A stretch of 64,000 nt of DNA from Thecamonas trahens ATCC 50062 (lineage: Eukaryota; Protista; Apusomonadida): positions 248,001 through 312,000 of the forward strand of contig NW_013657665.1 of NCBI RefSeq assembly GCF_000142905.1, read 5' to 3'. Positions 34,208-44,490 of this stretch are shown piece after piece (the first letter of the stretch is position 1; every line of letters starts with the position of its first letter). The notes beneath the pieces are model-generated. The model did not search any database and was not told where the DNA came from. It saw nothing but the letters and a program-made list of their open reading frames with translations. A program made the position numbers and the translations under genes.

Positions 34208-34600
34208 CTACAGTTTCTTCGTCAGCTCAAAGTCGAAAAGCATCCATGCACGCAGGAGCATCATCTTCTCGGCGCGCAGAGCCGAGAGGCGGTTCCGCTT
34301 CCTCGTCATCATGTCTGTCGCCACCGAGTTGAGCCGTTCGACGCTGGCAGCGGAGGCCGATGGAAGAAGGATCCCCTGGCCCCACAAGCGGAACCTCGCA
34401 CACAGCACCTGGATCCGCCGTACGTCAGCCTTGCGGTTCCAGTTCTTGCGAGACTTGCACAGTGCAAAACCTGTGTTCCAAAGCCATCCATCCATGGCGG
34501 TGGCATGAACCGTCAAGATGGCGTCAATTTGCCTTCGATGACGCCACTCTTTTGTGGGAGGGAGTGGCCTCTTCATCGCGCCGCACTCTCGGCCTCGCAC
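34208..34600 (-). mobile_element. hAT-superfamily transposase relic (C-terminal dimerisation domain only)
   Basis: PSASAASVERLNSVATDMMTRKRNRLSALRAEKMMLLRAW matches the hAT SxxxERxFS...RNRL motif. Lies in an AT-richer island; no convincing TIR or TSD. Confidence 0.7.
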
Positions 34601-34711
34601 TCACGGCCGCGACCAGGCGACAGAGACAGAGATAAAGGCAGAGACAAGACTTGTCTTTGACTCGAACACCGTTGCTTGCAGGGGAAGAAGGCCCCTAGGG
34701 CGTGGGTCGTC

Positions 34712-36673
34712 ATGCAGAACTTTACAGCCGAGGCCTCCTCGGTCATCCAGGCGGTGACCGGGAGCAGAGTGGTGTTGGACCCGTCTATGACCCGGGTACG
34801 CGTGGTGGAGGGAGTGGACGGGTGAGGAACGGGGTGCGGGAGGGGGGGAAAGGGACTAACGGGAGCGGATCTGGCTCGGCATGGTGTTGGATAGGGAAAG
34901 CGGCTGTGGATGCGGGCGCTGGAAGCGGTGAGGCGGAATCGGAAGAAGGACGGGTGGGCGGCGACGTTGTTCTCGGAGCAGTTCAAGGCGTTGCGAGATC
35001 GGGCGAGGAGCAAGCGGTTGGCAGAGCTAGAAGCACAGAGTGCGACGGCGAAGAAGCGGATTCCTCGTCGGGACGCATTAGATGCGCTGGTTGATGTTCT
35101 TGAGACTGAGTTGACCAAGCAGCGCCGCCATCGAGTCGATCTGCCAGCGCACGGGCAGGGCAGCGAGGCTGACGGTGGGACTGCCGGCGGCGGCGGCGGG
35201 GGTGCAGACGACACGCCTTCGTTTGATCGGTATTCGGGCGAGCGGCTGCGAGGCCGTGGAGACGGGCGTGGGCGCGGGAGCGGGCGCGGGCGCGGGCGCG
35301 GACGTGGGCGCGGGAGCGGCCGGCGGCATGGAGGCGCGCACACAAGGCTGCTGAGCTCTAAGCGCGGGAAAAGACAGAGCGGTGACGAGATGTTGGAACC
35401 CGGAGAGCGGCGTAAGCGCAATATGCAGCGGCGAGTTGCATCGATTGCGTCGGTTGACCCGATGGCGGCGGCTCGAGCGGCGTCGAAGCGGGCGCGCAAG
35501 CGGCTGGCTGAAGCCGCCCGTGCGCGGGAAGAAGCTGAGAGTCGGGAGAAGCAGGTGAAGAACTCGATCTCGGCTGCGGCTCGTTTTGCCGAAGCCCGCG
35601 CTGAGCAGGCTGCAGAGCGGGCGGCTACGACGGTGGAGGCGGAGACGGTGGAGGCGGAGACGGTGGAGGCGAAGACGCCTGCGGCCGGCGGGGCTGTGCG
35701 GTCGCGGGCAACCGAACGGCGCGGCTCGCTCTTTGCGCTCACACCAGTGGTCAGCAACATTCACCATGATCCGCAGATGGGACGATCGATCTCTCTCCGG
35801 CCAAAGTGGAGCGACGGCGAGAGCAGCGAGTCGACGCCCATGCAGTCAGTCAAGGCGCGAAAGGGGGCACTGACCCGGTTGGCAGCTTCGGCGGTCTCGC
35901 GGCGGGCGACGCCGCAGTCGTCGTCGCTGGTTGTCAACCAGCGGACGGTGATGAGTCGGCGCGGGCCAAGCGCAAGCACCAGCAGCCCAGGCGGGCGGCA
36001 GGTGAAGAAAGGCGGCGCAAGCGCAAGCGGGTCGCGGGCAGGTGGGCAAGCTGGCACGCCGCCGCGGTCGGGGCCGCGGCTGCGGCGCGGATCGCGGTCG
36101 ACCAAAGTCGTGCCGGCTAGCTCGTCGCTGAGCAAGAGCCCCGGGTCTCCGTCCATGCGCGGCAGCGGCAAGCAGCTGCTAGCGTTCAAGCAGCGGCGTC
36201 ACTCTGTGATTTCACTGGACTCGCCGCGGACCCGCATGTCACGGGCCGAAGCTGCGAGGGAGGCGGGTGCGAGTAAGCCCGCACACGACGCGACCGACTA
36301 CGAGTATTCTCGGCTCTCAGTTGACTCGCTCATCACGTTCCCGGACGACGGCATGTACGACACAATCAACGTGCGGGTGCTTGTGCCGGACGCCGAGGTC
36401 GGGGCCGACGGAGCGCTGCTGCTCTCGTCGCCGGGGGTAGTGGCGCGGCTGACTGCTCTTCGCGATGCAGAGAACGAGCGGATCGGAATCGAGGAGGCGT
36501 TTGCGACGACGCGGCGGATGGCGCGGCGGCGGCGGGCGGCCAAGGCCAAGCGCGAGGCGCAGTTCCGGACCATCATTGCAGCGCAGCCCGACTCGGTCAC
36601 AGCGATGGCGCTGGACAACATGCTGCTGCGGGAAAAGCCGCCGCCGTCGATCGAGGCGAGCGAGCGCGAGTAG
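34712..36673 (+). CDS. Hypothetical basic, low-complexity/coiled-coil protein (intron 34796-34894)
   Basis: ATG 34712 exon, GTACGC...GACTAAC...TAG intron, then an in-frame join to ORF 34910-36673. Confidence 0.65.
34796..34894 (+). other. Spliceosomal intron (99 nt, G-rich)
   Basis: GTACGC donor, canonical ACTAAC branch point at 34855-34860, TAG acceptor that would otherwise be an in-frame stop. Confidence 0.8.
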
Positions 36674-36678
36674 GATAC

Positions 36679-38590
36679 TCACAGGGCGTCGGACGATGGG
36701 CCGCGGCCGACACCGCCGGCAGTCGACGAGTGGCGGGCCGAGGGGAGGAGAGCGGCGATGTCCGAGTCGACAGGCTCGAGGTCGTCATCGGCTTCATCGT
36801 CGGTAAGCGAGTAGGCAGAGAAAGCGGCGAGGTGGCCGTCTGCGGCGTCTGTGGGCGCGAGCGTGTCCTTGAGGTTCGAGTACCAGGTCTGGGTCATTTC
36901 CTCAAGCTCGATCTGGGCCTGGCGGGCGGCTCGGCGCGAGTAAATGTCGCGGAAGAATGGCTTGAGGTATTTGTCGTCGATACGCTCAAACCACGAGCGT
37001 GAGAGGTCAAGGCTGCCGGGTTCGGCGTGGATAGTTCGCGAGCGGTGCGGCGACGAGGCCGAGTTGGCTGACGCGTCCTCCTCGGCGTCGTTGATGGAGA
37101 CGGTCGGGTCGAGCTCCTCAGTCTTGGACATAGAGACATAGCCGCCGGTGGTCTGCATGCGCATGAGCTTGAGAAGCGGCAGGGTGCCACCGCCGAGGAC
37201 AAGAATGGTGAAAAGAACAATGACGAGGGTGGTGGTGACGAGGATGGTGCGTGAGGCGAGCGGGAGCTTGAGAGCCAGCGCAAAGGCGATGGCGCCGCGG
37301 AGGCCGGAAAACCACATAATGACCTGATGTTTGGGCGTGATCTGGATGGCGCGGCGGGCGTTGACTAACGAGGAGAGCGGGAAGATGTTGGCGGCGCGGC
37401 CGACGAGGATGAGGACAATGGACCAGAAGATGAGGCCAAAGTGGAGGTAGTGGTCAAAGGAGAAGACGGCGATGCCGAGGTAGCCAAAGATGCACGTCTC
37501 CGCCAGCCAGGCGACAGCGCGGAAGACCTTCTGTGTGGTGATCTGTGTGGTAGGCGAGAGGTTAAAGTAGGTGTAGTGCGCCATGACAATGCCGGCAAAG
37601 AGAATGGCCATGATGCCTGAGAGACGGAGACCCTCGGCCATGAGGTACGGGAGCCAGCAAAAGACAAAGACAAGCGAGAGCTCGAGCGACTGGTAGCGGC
37701 GAATGTCCGTGTACTTGAAGAGGACGGCCGAGACGAGGGCGACGCCGACGCCGATGGTGACCGAGCCGAGCGAGACAAAGAGAAAGCGGGCCATGGCGCC
37801 CATGGCCGTCCAGAGCGTAAACGCGGCGTCGGGCTGGACCATGTCGAGGATCGAGTGGTAGAGCACAATGGCGACGGCGTCGTTGAGGACAGACTCGCCA
37901 AAGACGAGCATGGAGAGCGTCGGATCGACGTCGAGCGCCTGGAAGACGGCGAGGGTGGCGACCGGGTCGACCGCCGAGATGAGCGCGCCGTAGACGAGCG
38001 CATCCGAGAGCGGGAGGTAGTAGACCCAGCCGATGTAGCCAAGCATAAAGAGAAAGAGTCCAAAGAGGAGAGTGGAGATGAGGGTGCCGGCAATGGCAAA
38101 GGTGAGGATGGAGCCGATGTTGCGGAAGAAGTTGCCCTTGTGCAGCGAGTAGCCCGACTCGAAGATGATGGGCGGAAGGAGGAAGAGGAAGAACGTGTCG
38201 GGCTCAAAGTTGACAATGTCATTGGATGACGATGAGAGGCGGATGATGATGCCGATGATGGCGCCAAAGATAATGACCGCGATCGACTCGGGCAGGTAAT
38301 GCAGGTGCCGCGAGACGAGGCCGTACGTCGTCCAGATGGCCACAAACAGGAAGCCCAGGATGATCAGCAGCCCCCACGACTCGCGCTCTTCGCACTCTTC
38401 GTCATCCGGGGCACATGCGGCATCTACACCCGTGCGAGAGGAAAGGGGAGGAGATGCGTGAGTGAGTGCGGCGAGGGGAAGAGAGAGAACGATGGCTAGT
38501 GCCCACCCCTGGCTCTGCTGGCGTACTCGTGACGTGTGCGAGAATCGCTCCTGCTGCAGCTAGCATGCACAGCCATCGTAGCGCAGACAT
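36679..38590 (-). CDS. SLC9A8: Na+/H+ exchanger, NHE8-like (intron 38424-38526)
   Basis: FFLFLLPPIIFESGYSLHKGNFFRNIG, ISAVDPVATLA, VFGESVLNDAVAIVL, WFSGLRGAIA. The signal-peptide exon MSALRWLCML... is joined through GTACGC...ACTCAC...TAG. Confidence 0.92.
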
Positions 38591-38985
38591 GGATGAGTAT
38601 GTGGTGGAGAACGAGAAGCGTAGCTGAAGGGTAGAGGGGTGGTAGTGCTGGTGAGGGGAAGTGGCGAGGGGGGGACGGGGAAGGGGGGGGGGGGGTGAGG
38701 GGGGTGTGATCGTGATCGCGATCATGATCGCCATCGCGATGACAAAGTCGTCGACTTTGGCGCTTTGGGTCGAACCGGGAGGGTGTGGGTGTTTGGCGCA
38801 CTTTTGGCCAATTTGGCGCCATGGAACAGTCACGAACATCGGTGACGGGGCCAACAGTCACCCACAGCGCCCCACGCGAGCACTTGCCACCCCCTTCTGT
38901 GTCACACAGACTGTGTGGCGGACTACCCACACCTGTCTAATCCAGATCAGTGTCTTCCTTCACTCAAGCACACCTCTTCTTTACT

Positions 38986-39888
38986 ATGTCGTACCCGACC
39001 AACCCGTTCGCTCCCGGTATGCCCCCGGCCTACCCCAGCCATGGCCCCTACGCCGCAGCCGGAAACCCGTTCCTTGGCTACGGATACCCGATGCCTGGCC
39101 CGCCCATGGCTCCGATTCACGCTGGCCCGATGCCTTACTCGCACAGCCACGGTCCCTTCCCGTCCTGCCCACCGTCGACCTTTGTTGCGCCACCGCCGCC
39201 GTACGCCTACGGCCCGCCTCCGTCGTTTGCCCGTGGTCCACCGCCGCCAGCTGTGGTGGCTTCTGGCCCGTTCCTCGGCGGAGGCTTTGGTCGTGGCGTC
39301 GCGGGCGGCTATCCCGGCGGCTATGGCGGGTTTGTTGGCCCGACCTTTGTCCTGCCCTCGCTCGTCGCATCGACCTGCCCGGCCTGTGGCGGCGGTGACT
39401 GCACCTGCTCGCCGACCTCGGCCATCTGCTCAAAGTGCCGCTACAACGTCGCCACCTGTGCCTGCGCCACCCCGACCCGCGCCGCCTGCTGCAAGAACGG
39501 GTGCGCCTGCGGCGATTCCTGCACTTGCGGCGCCAACTGCTCGTGCTGCGCCAAGGAGATCAAGGCGGCGTGCTGCAAGAACGGGTGCGCCTGCGGCGAT
39601 TCTTGCACTTGCGGCGCCAACTGCTCATGCTGCCCCAAGGAGATCAATGCGGCGTGCTGCAAGAACGGGTGCGCCTGCGGCGATTCCTGCACTTGCGGCG
39701 CCAACTGCTCGTGCTGCCCCAAGGAGATCAAGGCGGCGTGCTGCAAGAACGGGTGCGCCTGCGGTGACTCGTGCACTTGCGGCGCCAACTGCTCGTGCTG
39801 CGCCAAGAAGACCAAGACTGCTGGATGCGGCTCGGCGACGTGCACGTGCGGCGATTCGTGCACGTGCGGCGCCAACTGTGCGTGCTAA
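38986..39888 (+). CDS. Modular metallothionein-like protein (300 aa, 52 Cys) with Pro/Gly/Tyr-rich N-terminus
   Basis: Four tandem 28-aa units AACCKNGCACGDSCTCGANCSCC(A/P)KEIK with 9 Cys each, flanked by CxC/CxxC segments; ends in CAC*. Confidence 0.8.
   Translation: MSYPTNPFAPGMPPAYPSHGPYAAAGNPFLGYGYPMPGPPMAPIHAGPMPYSHSHGPFPSCPPSTFVAPPPPYAYGPPPSFARGPPPPAVVASGPFLGGGFGRGVAGGYPGGYGGFVGPTFVLPSLVASTCPACGGGDCTCSPTSAICSKCRYNVATCACATPTRAACCKNGCACGDSCTCGANCSCCAKEIKAACCKNGCACGDSCTCGANCSCCPKEINAACCKNGCACGDSCTCGANCSCCPKEIKAACCKNGCACGDSCTCGANCSCCAKKTKTAGCGSATCTCGDSCTCGANCAC
39481..39816 (+). repeat. 84-bp tandem repeat x4 (metallothionein domains)
   Basis: Units start at 39481, 39565, 39649 and 39733 and differ mostly at synonymous sites. 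Confidence 0.95.
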
Positions 39889-40011
39889 GGATGTTCGGAA
39901 GCTGCACAGCCCGGCCTGTGTCATCGCGCCTGGGTGACTGTCGCCGAGTGAGTCTCCACCGCCACCGCTACCGCCCCCTCCCTCACCCGTCCCTACACAC
40001 CCATCTTGTAA

Positions 40012-42216
40012 ATGGCACGCAGGTCTCGACGACATCGGCGAGCAAAGCCACAGTCAAAGCGACAGGCACGACGTGCCGAAGCAGCCAAGGCCGCTGCTCA
40101 GGCCCGGTCTGGGGCGCTTGCCGACGCTGCCCGCGACGACGACGTCTTTGCCCTGCTCCAAGCGTCACTGGCGAGCCACGGCGGCATGCCACACAGCAAG
40201 CCGAGCGGACCAGCCAAGACAAAGCCAGGCAAGCCCCGGCATGCCCGACGCACAAGCATCACATCTGACGGCTCCTTTGATGATCCTTGTATGGATGCCC
40301 TCTTCAACGCTGCCTTTGCGCACGACGCCTCGGCCCGCCGCTCCGCCAAGGAGCCCAATAGAAGCTCTCGCAGATGGCCGCCGCGGCCGCGTGGCGTGGA
40401 CTTGGAACAGCGCCAGGGGCGCGGGCGTGGCCGTGGCAAGCACAACAAGGCACGTAAGACAGGTCGCAGAAGCTCGCGAGCGGCTTCGCGCGGACCTTCC
40501 CGCAATGGCAATGGCTGTGGCAGCGGCAAGCGGTCGTCCAAGCCACGCAGAGGCAAGCCGGCTCCATCTCCGTCCGTCATCCGCTTTGCGGGCTACGATG
40601 CTCTCAACGCGGGATCGTACTCCTCGCCGCAAGTCTATTGCCGTAAGAGTGGCGAGGATCGTGCACCGAGGGGACCCGGGCGAGGAAGAGGGAAGGGAAG
40701 AGGGAGGGGGAGAGGGCGCGGCGCTGGCCGTGGGCACGGCGGGTATCGGCATGCGGACGCTGACAATGGCCGCATGCTCGCCGCCATGGCCGAGTCGGGG
40801 CTGGGATCGGAGGAGGAATCAGGATCAGAGTCGGGGTCCTCGCCGACCTTGTCGACGACCACCTGTTCTTGCCTCAACACCAACTCGTGCTCGATGTCCT
40901 CGGCCACATTTAACGACGTCGTGGCCAACACAGGGTCGTTTCTCCCGTCGCCAACGGCATCGCTGTCGTCGGGCGAGGCTACGGGCGAGGCTACGGGGGA
41001 GGCTGCGGGCGAGGCGTCGGGCGAGGCGTCGGACGAGGCGTCGGACGAGGCGTCGCCGGCGGCAATGTCGGCTAGCGATCACGTTTGCGGGACCGAGAGC
41101 GGGGCCGGGAGTGGGAGCGAGCCGGTTGGCGACGAGCGCCAGACCAAGCTCGAAGCGACGAGGCTTCAGCTGGAGAAGCTGTCGATGATGGAACTCGAAC
41201 GTGAGGGCCCGCGGTTACGTCGCGGACTTGGCTTTGCCGAGACTTCTGCAGGCGCCGCCCGAGCCGGAGCAGGCGGTGTCTCGGGCGCGGCCGCCCGGAG
41301 GCACCGCTGGCGGTTCGGCGAGTTCCTCGCGCCGCAAGACTACCTCGGGCTGGAGTGGATCCTGGCTGGCGAGGGCCCGGTTGTCGAGCCCGCGGCTGCA
41401 CAAACACCAGCACCGGCACCGGCACCGGCACAAACGCCAGACGTTGTGCGAGAAGTCACAGTTGCATGTGACGAGCCGTCGCGCAGCCGCCGTCCCATTA
41501 TCAAGGGCCGGCGCTCGCGCCAGTCGTTCCAGGACTTGTTCAAGGCACTCGACGCCTTTGCGCGATCCAGCGAGGAGCAGACCGTCCTCGGCGCCATGTC
41601 GCACCAGGAGCGTCGGTGCGTCAACCACATCGCCAAAGCCTGCCAAGTCCGTGTCACCACAAAGGGCTCCGGCAAGCGCAGCTTGCTCTGGCTCTCGCGA
41701 ACGGTGCGGACAACGCCGGTGACCCCGGCCAAGCGGCGTGCGCTCTTCGATACCTACGCAAGCGGCGACGACAACAACGACGGCAGCGGCGGCAGCCAGA
41801 GCAGAGAGTCGACGCCGCGTGGCCGCAAGCTGAGCCGCGGTCGTCGCAATCCTCGGCTTGCCTCGCGTGTCATGGTCACCACCCCCATTCCCCCGTCCAA
41901 CATCGGCCACCGCATGCTGCGTAGCCTGGGCTGGGACGGCGGCCAGCTAGGCTCGTCACAGGTCGCCAATGGCCTTCTTGAGCCGGTTCCGGTTTTTCTC
42001 AAGAACGATCGCCAGGGCCTCGGCTTTGCGTCGCCCGAGCCGTCACCAGCAAGTGCTGCATCTCCGGCGTCGGCACCAGCGCCAGGGTCGCAGCGTGGGC
42101 GCGGTCGTGATCGCGTTCGCGGTCGCGGGCGTGGCCGCAGAAGCCCCCGTACTAGCTACAACCAGTCGAGCAAGCGGAAGCATCGCGGCGGCCGCGGCCG
42201 TAAGCGTCGTCCTTAG
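40012..42216 (+). CDS. R3H plus G-patch domain protein (Sqs1-like)
   Basis: R3H-like MSHQERRCVNHIAKACQVRVTTKGSGKR; G-patch IPPSNIGHRMLRSLGWDGGQLG...GLLEPV...KNDRQGLG; RG-rich tracts. Confidence 0.8.
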   Translation: MARRSRRHRRAKPQSKRQARRAEAAKAAAQARSGALADAARDDDVFALLQASLASHGGMPHSKPSGPAKTKPGKPRHARRTSITSDGSFDDPCMDALFNAAFAHDASARRSAKEPNRSSRRWPPRPRGVDLEQRQGRGRGRGKHNKARKTGRRSSRAASRGPSRNGNGCGSGKRSSKPRRGKPAPSPSVIRFAGYDALNAGSYSSPQVYCRKSGEDRAPRGPGRGRGKGRGRGRGRGAGRGHGGYRHADADNGRMLAAMAESGLGSEEESGSESGSSPTLSTTTCSCLNTNSCSMSSATFNDVVANTGSFLPSPTASLSSGEATGEATGEAAGEASGEASDEASDEASPAAMSASDHVCGTESGAGSGSEPVGDERQTKLEATRLQLEKLSMMELEREGPRLRRGLGFAETSAGAARAGAGGVSGAAARRHRWRFGEFLAPQDYLGLEWILAGEGPVVEPAAAQTPAPAPAPAQTPDVVREVTVACDEPSRSRRPIIKGRRSRQSFQDLFKALDAFARSSEEQTVLGAMSHQERRCVNHIAKACQVRVTTKGSGKRSLLWLSRTVRTTPVTPAKRRALFDTYASGDDNNDGSGGSQSRESTPRGRKLSRGRRNPRLASRVMVTTPIPPSNIGHRMLRSLGWDGGQLGSSQVANGLLEPVPVFLKNDRQGLGFASPEPSPASAASPASAPAPGSQRGRGRDRVRGRGRGRRSPRTSYNQSSKRKHRGGRGRKRRP

Positions 42217-42743
42217 CTTAAACTGGGGTCATCTATGTCGACTACAGCAGCATACGCCGTCGACGAGCGGTCTACAGCTGCACCGTCTGCGATGGCAAAC
42301 TCACCATCGACGACTTCGACCTGGAATTCGTCTTCTGCAGCAGCGTCGACCGGACCAGGCGGATACATACAGTTGTGATGGCGCGCTGCAGTCGTTGCTG
42401 CCCGAAGCGGGGCGGACGAGCCATTGCCGGCAGTGCTAGATCGGGATACTTGTGGCGATCGCGGCAGGGCCGCACGAAAGGTAGCCAGATCGATGCGCGG
42501 GAGCAGCCTTGGCGGCGGGCGCGAGTACGGTGGTGGGAGATAGCCACGAGCGATGTGAGCAAGTAGCAGCTTCCCATGGCGCTCAGCCCATCGCCTGATC
42601 ATGGCTTTGGGTGCCGCGAGGCCATCAACCACCCGCGCGGCCCACCCTCGCACCCGGACTTCGTCCGTCCTGTGCATACGGGCAACAAACGGCGACTCGA
42701 GCGCATCGGCGAGGTGCTCCACCAGCGAGGGACGTGCGGACAT
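42213..42743 (-). CDS. Small protein resembling DUF4485 (CEP112 N-terminal-like)
   Basis: EVRVRGWAARV...KLLLAHIARGYLPPPYSRPPPRLLP resembles the recalled R...W...LL...PF..PP...LP pattern; CA-rich leader upstream as for other genes. Confidence 0.45.
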   Translation of the reverse strand: MSARPSLVEHLADALESPFVARMHRTDEVRVRGWAARVVDGLAAPKAMIRRWAERHGKLLLAHIARGYLPPPYSRPPPRLLPRIDLATFRAALPRSPQVSRSSTAGNGSSAPLRAATTAARHHNCMYPPGPVDAAAEDEFQVEVVDGEFAIADGAAVDRSSTAYAAVVDIDDPSLS

Positions 42744-42831
42744 GTTGGTCCCAACTTGTGTGTGTGTGGGGGTGAGTGGTGCGGTTGCGGTTGGGTAGGG
42801 GTTGGGCAGTTTCAGGCTTCGGCTTGGAGAC

Positions 42832-42870
42832 GACCTCCCGTGGGCGGGTAGAAGACCTCCCGTGGGCGGG
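42832..42870. repeat. 17-bp direct repeat GACCTCCCGTGGGCGGG x2 in an intergenic spacer
   Basis: Copies at 42832-42848 and 42854-42870. Confidence 0.85.
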
Positions 42871-42888
42871 ACTACAATTCATTTCAGG

Positions 42889-44490
42889 CTAGAGAGAGCC
42901 CTCGATGGCAGCGGATGGCTCCGGCTGCGAGACGAGGGTGGGAAAGTGATCCGAGTGGATGCCGCCGACGAGCGGAATGTCCGAGTCTTCGAACGAGATG
43001 CCAAAGTCGTCGGCGAGCTCGGCGAGGATGGGCTTGTAGATGTTGCGCTCGGTGGGGATGACGACACCCGGGCCAAAAGTCTCGCCGTTGAGAATGCGCT
43101 TGGTCATAATTGCGACTGGGAGCGAGACGGTGGTAGCCATGGCGGTCATGTCCGGGTCGGTAGCCGAGCCCTTGATCTTGAGGGCGGAGATCTTCTCGCG
43201 AGCCTCGCCGTTGGCGTCGACGTACGCGATCTTGTGCAGCATGCCGATCAGGTCGCGATCGCCGGGACGAAGGCGCCACTTGTGCTGCAGCAGGAGTTCG
43301 AGAATGCGGGCAGGCGAGCCCTTGGCATTGATGCGGCGGTCGGAGAAGAGGCCCAGCCAGCGGATCTTGTCCATCACTGCCGAGAACATCGGCTGCTGCA
43401 GCTGGTACGCCAGGAGCAGCTCAACCGAGTCTGACTGGCGCCACGGGAGGAACGAAGCGAGGAACTCTGCATAGGTCATGCGGTCGGCATCCTCCATGGC
43501 AAACGAGTCGTCAGTTAGGCCAAGCTGGACAAAGACATCCCAGGCCTCACAAAAGCCCGGCCAGCGGAGCGTGCCGCGGAGCACGGTCGACGCCGAGGCC
43601 AGGTCGTATGCGTCGATGTACTGCAGCGAGTCGCGGTTGGCGTACGCCTCAAAGGTAGTGCCGTCGGGGAAAACCACGTTCTTGGCCCGCGAGAAGAGCT
43701 TGTTGTACGGAATAAACTTGACCACGCCTGCCTGCAGGTACGTCGAGACGCCGCGCCCGGCCAGAACCACGTTTCGTGGATTCCACGAGAGCTTGTACTT
43801 CCAAGGGTTGTCCGTGGTCGACTCGGGCGCCACCAGGCCGCCAGTGTACGACCGGAACTCGCGGACGTCGCCGCCTGCGTCGCGGATGCCGTCGATGAGC
43901 GCCTTGGCGGACATGTGGTCGATGCCTGGGTCGACGCCGCACTCCATGACAATCGGCACACCTGCCGCCTTTGCCGCCGCGTCATGCTGGCGCACATCGG
44001 GCGTGGCATACGACGCCGTCACCACCGGCTTGCCCAACCCGATGGCCATCTCGATCACCGGTGCGTGCATTGACGCAGGCAGCATCGAGACCACCACGTC
44101 TGCAGTGTCCAGAATCGCAGTCAAGCCGTCCTTGTTGGCCACGTCGAGTTCCACCGCCGCAGCCGCAGGGTGATCGCCGGCCTTGCTCGCCGCCAGCTTG
44201 ACGTTGGCGTCGGCGACCAGGACGGACCACCGCTCGTCCTCGGCCCGCTCCAACAGGTAGCGGATGAGTGGGCCGGACGACCGCCCTGCGCCGAGGACTG
44301 CCACCCGCTTCCGCGCCGGATCCGGATGCAGCGCCATCGCATGCTTTAGCGACGCCATCTTTCTCTCCGACTCGACCAGCTTGGCCCTCAGCTCTGAGAC
44401 GGTCGACCTGGCCGCCACAGCGGCAGCCAGACCACGGACGGGCGCGGCGTAGCCCCGAGTCAGCTGGAGCACATTACGGAGATGCAGCAT
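42889..44490 (-). CDS. Stand-alone saccharopine dehydrogenase (glutamate-forming type) with mitochondrial presequence
   Basis: VLGAGRSS, VVSMLPASMH, VVTASY, MECGVDPGIDHMSA, YKLSWNPRNVVLAG, FEAYANRDSL, LRGTLR, AMATTVSLP. Confidence 0.92.
   Translation of the reverse strand: MLHLRNVLQLTRGYAAPVRGLAAAVAARSTVSELRAKLVESERKMASLKHAMALHPDPARKRVAVLGAGRSSGPLIRYLLERAEDERWSVLVADANVKLAASKAGDHPAAAAVELDVANKDGLTAILDTADVVVSMLPASMHAPVIEMAIGLGKPVVTASYATPDVRQHDAAAKAAGVPIVMECGVDPGIDHMSAKALIDGIRDAGGDVREFRSYTGGLVAPESTTDNPWKYKLSWNPRNVVLAGRGVSTYLQAGVVKFIPYNKLFSRAKNVVFPDGTTFEAYANRDSLQYIDAYDLASASTVLRGTLRWPGFCEAWDVFVQLGLTDDSFAMEDADRMTYAEFLASFLPWRQSDSVELLLAYQLQQPMFSAVMDKIRWLGLFSDRRINAKGSPARILELLLQHKWRLRPGDRDLIGMLHKIAYVDANGEAREKISALKIKGSATDPDMTAMATTVSLPVAIMTKRILNGETFGPGVVIPTERNIYKPILAELADDFGISFEDSDIPLVGGIHSDHFPTLVSQPEPSAAIEGSL

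Noticed and set aside
33841-34670. GTGTTCGA/TCGAACAC as hAT terminal inverted repeats
   Set aside because: Only 8 bp, and there is no 8-bp target-site duplication.
39481-39816. CRISPR-like array
   Set aside because: Contiguous in-frame coding repeats without unique spacers, in a eukaryotic context.
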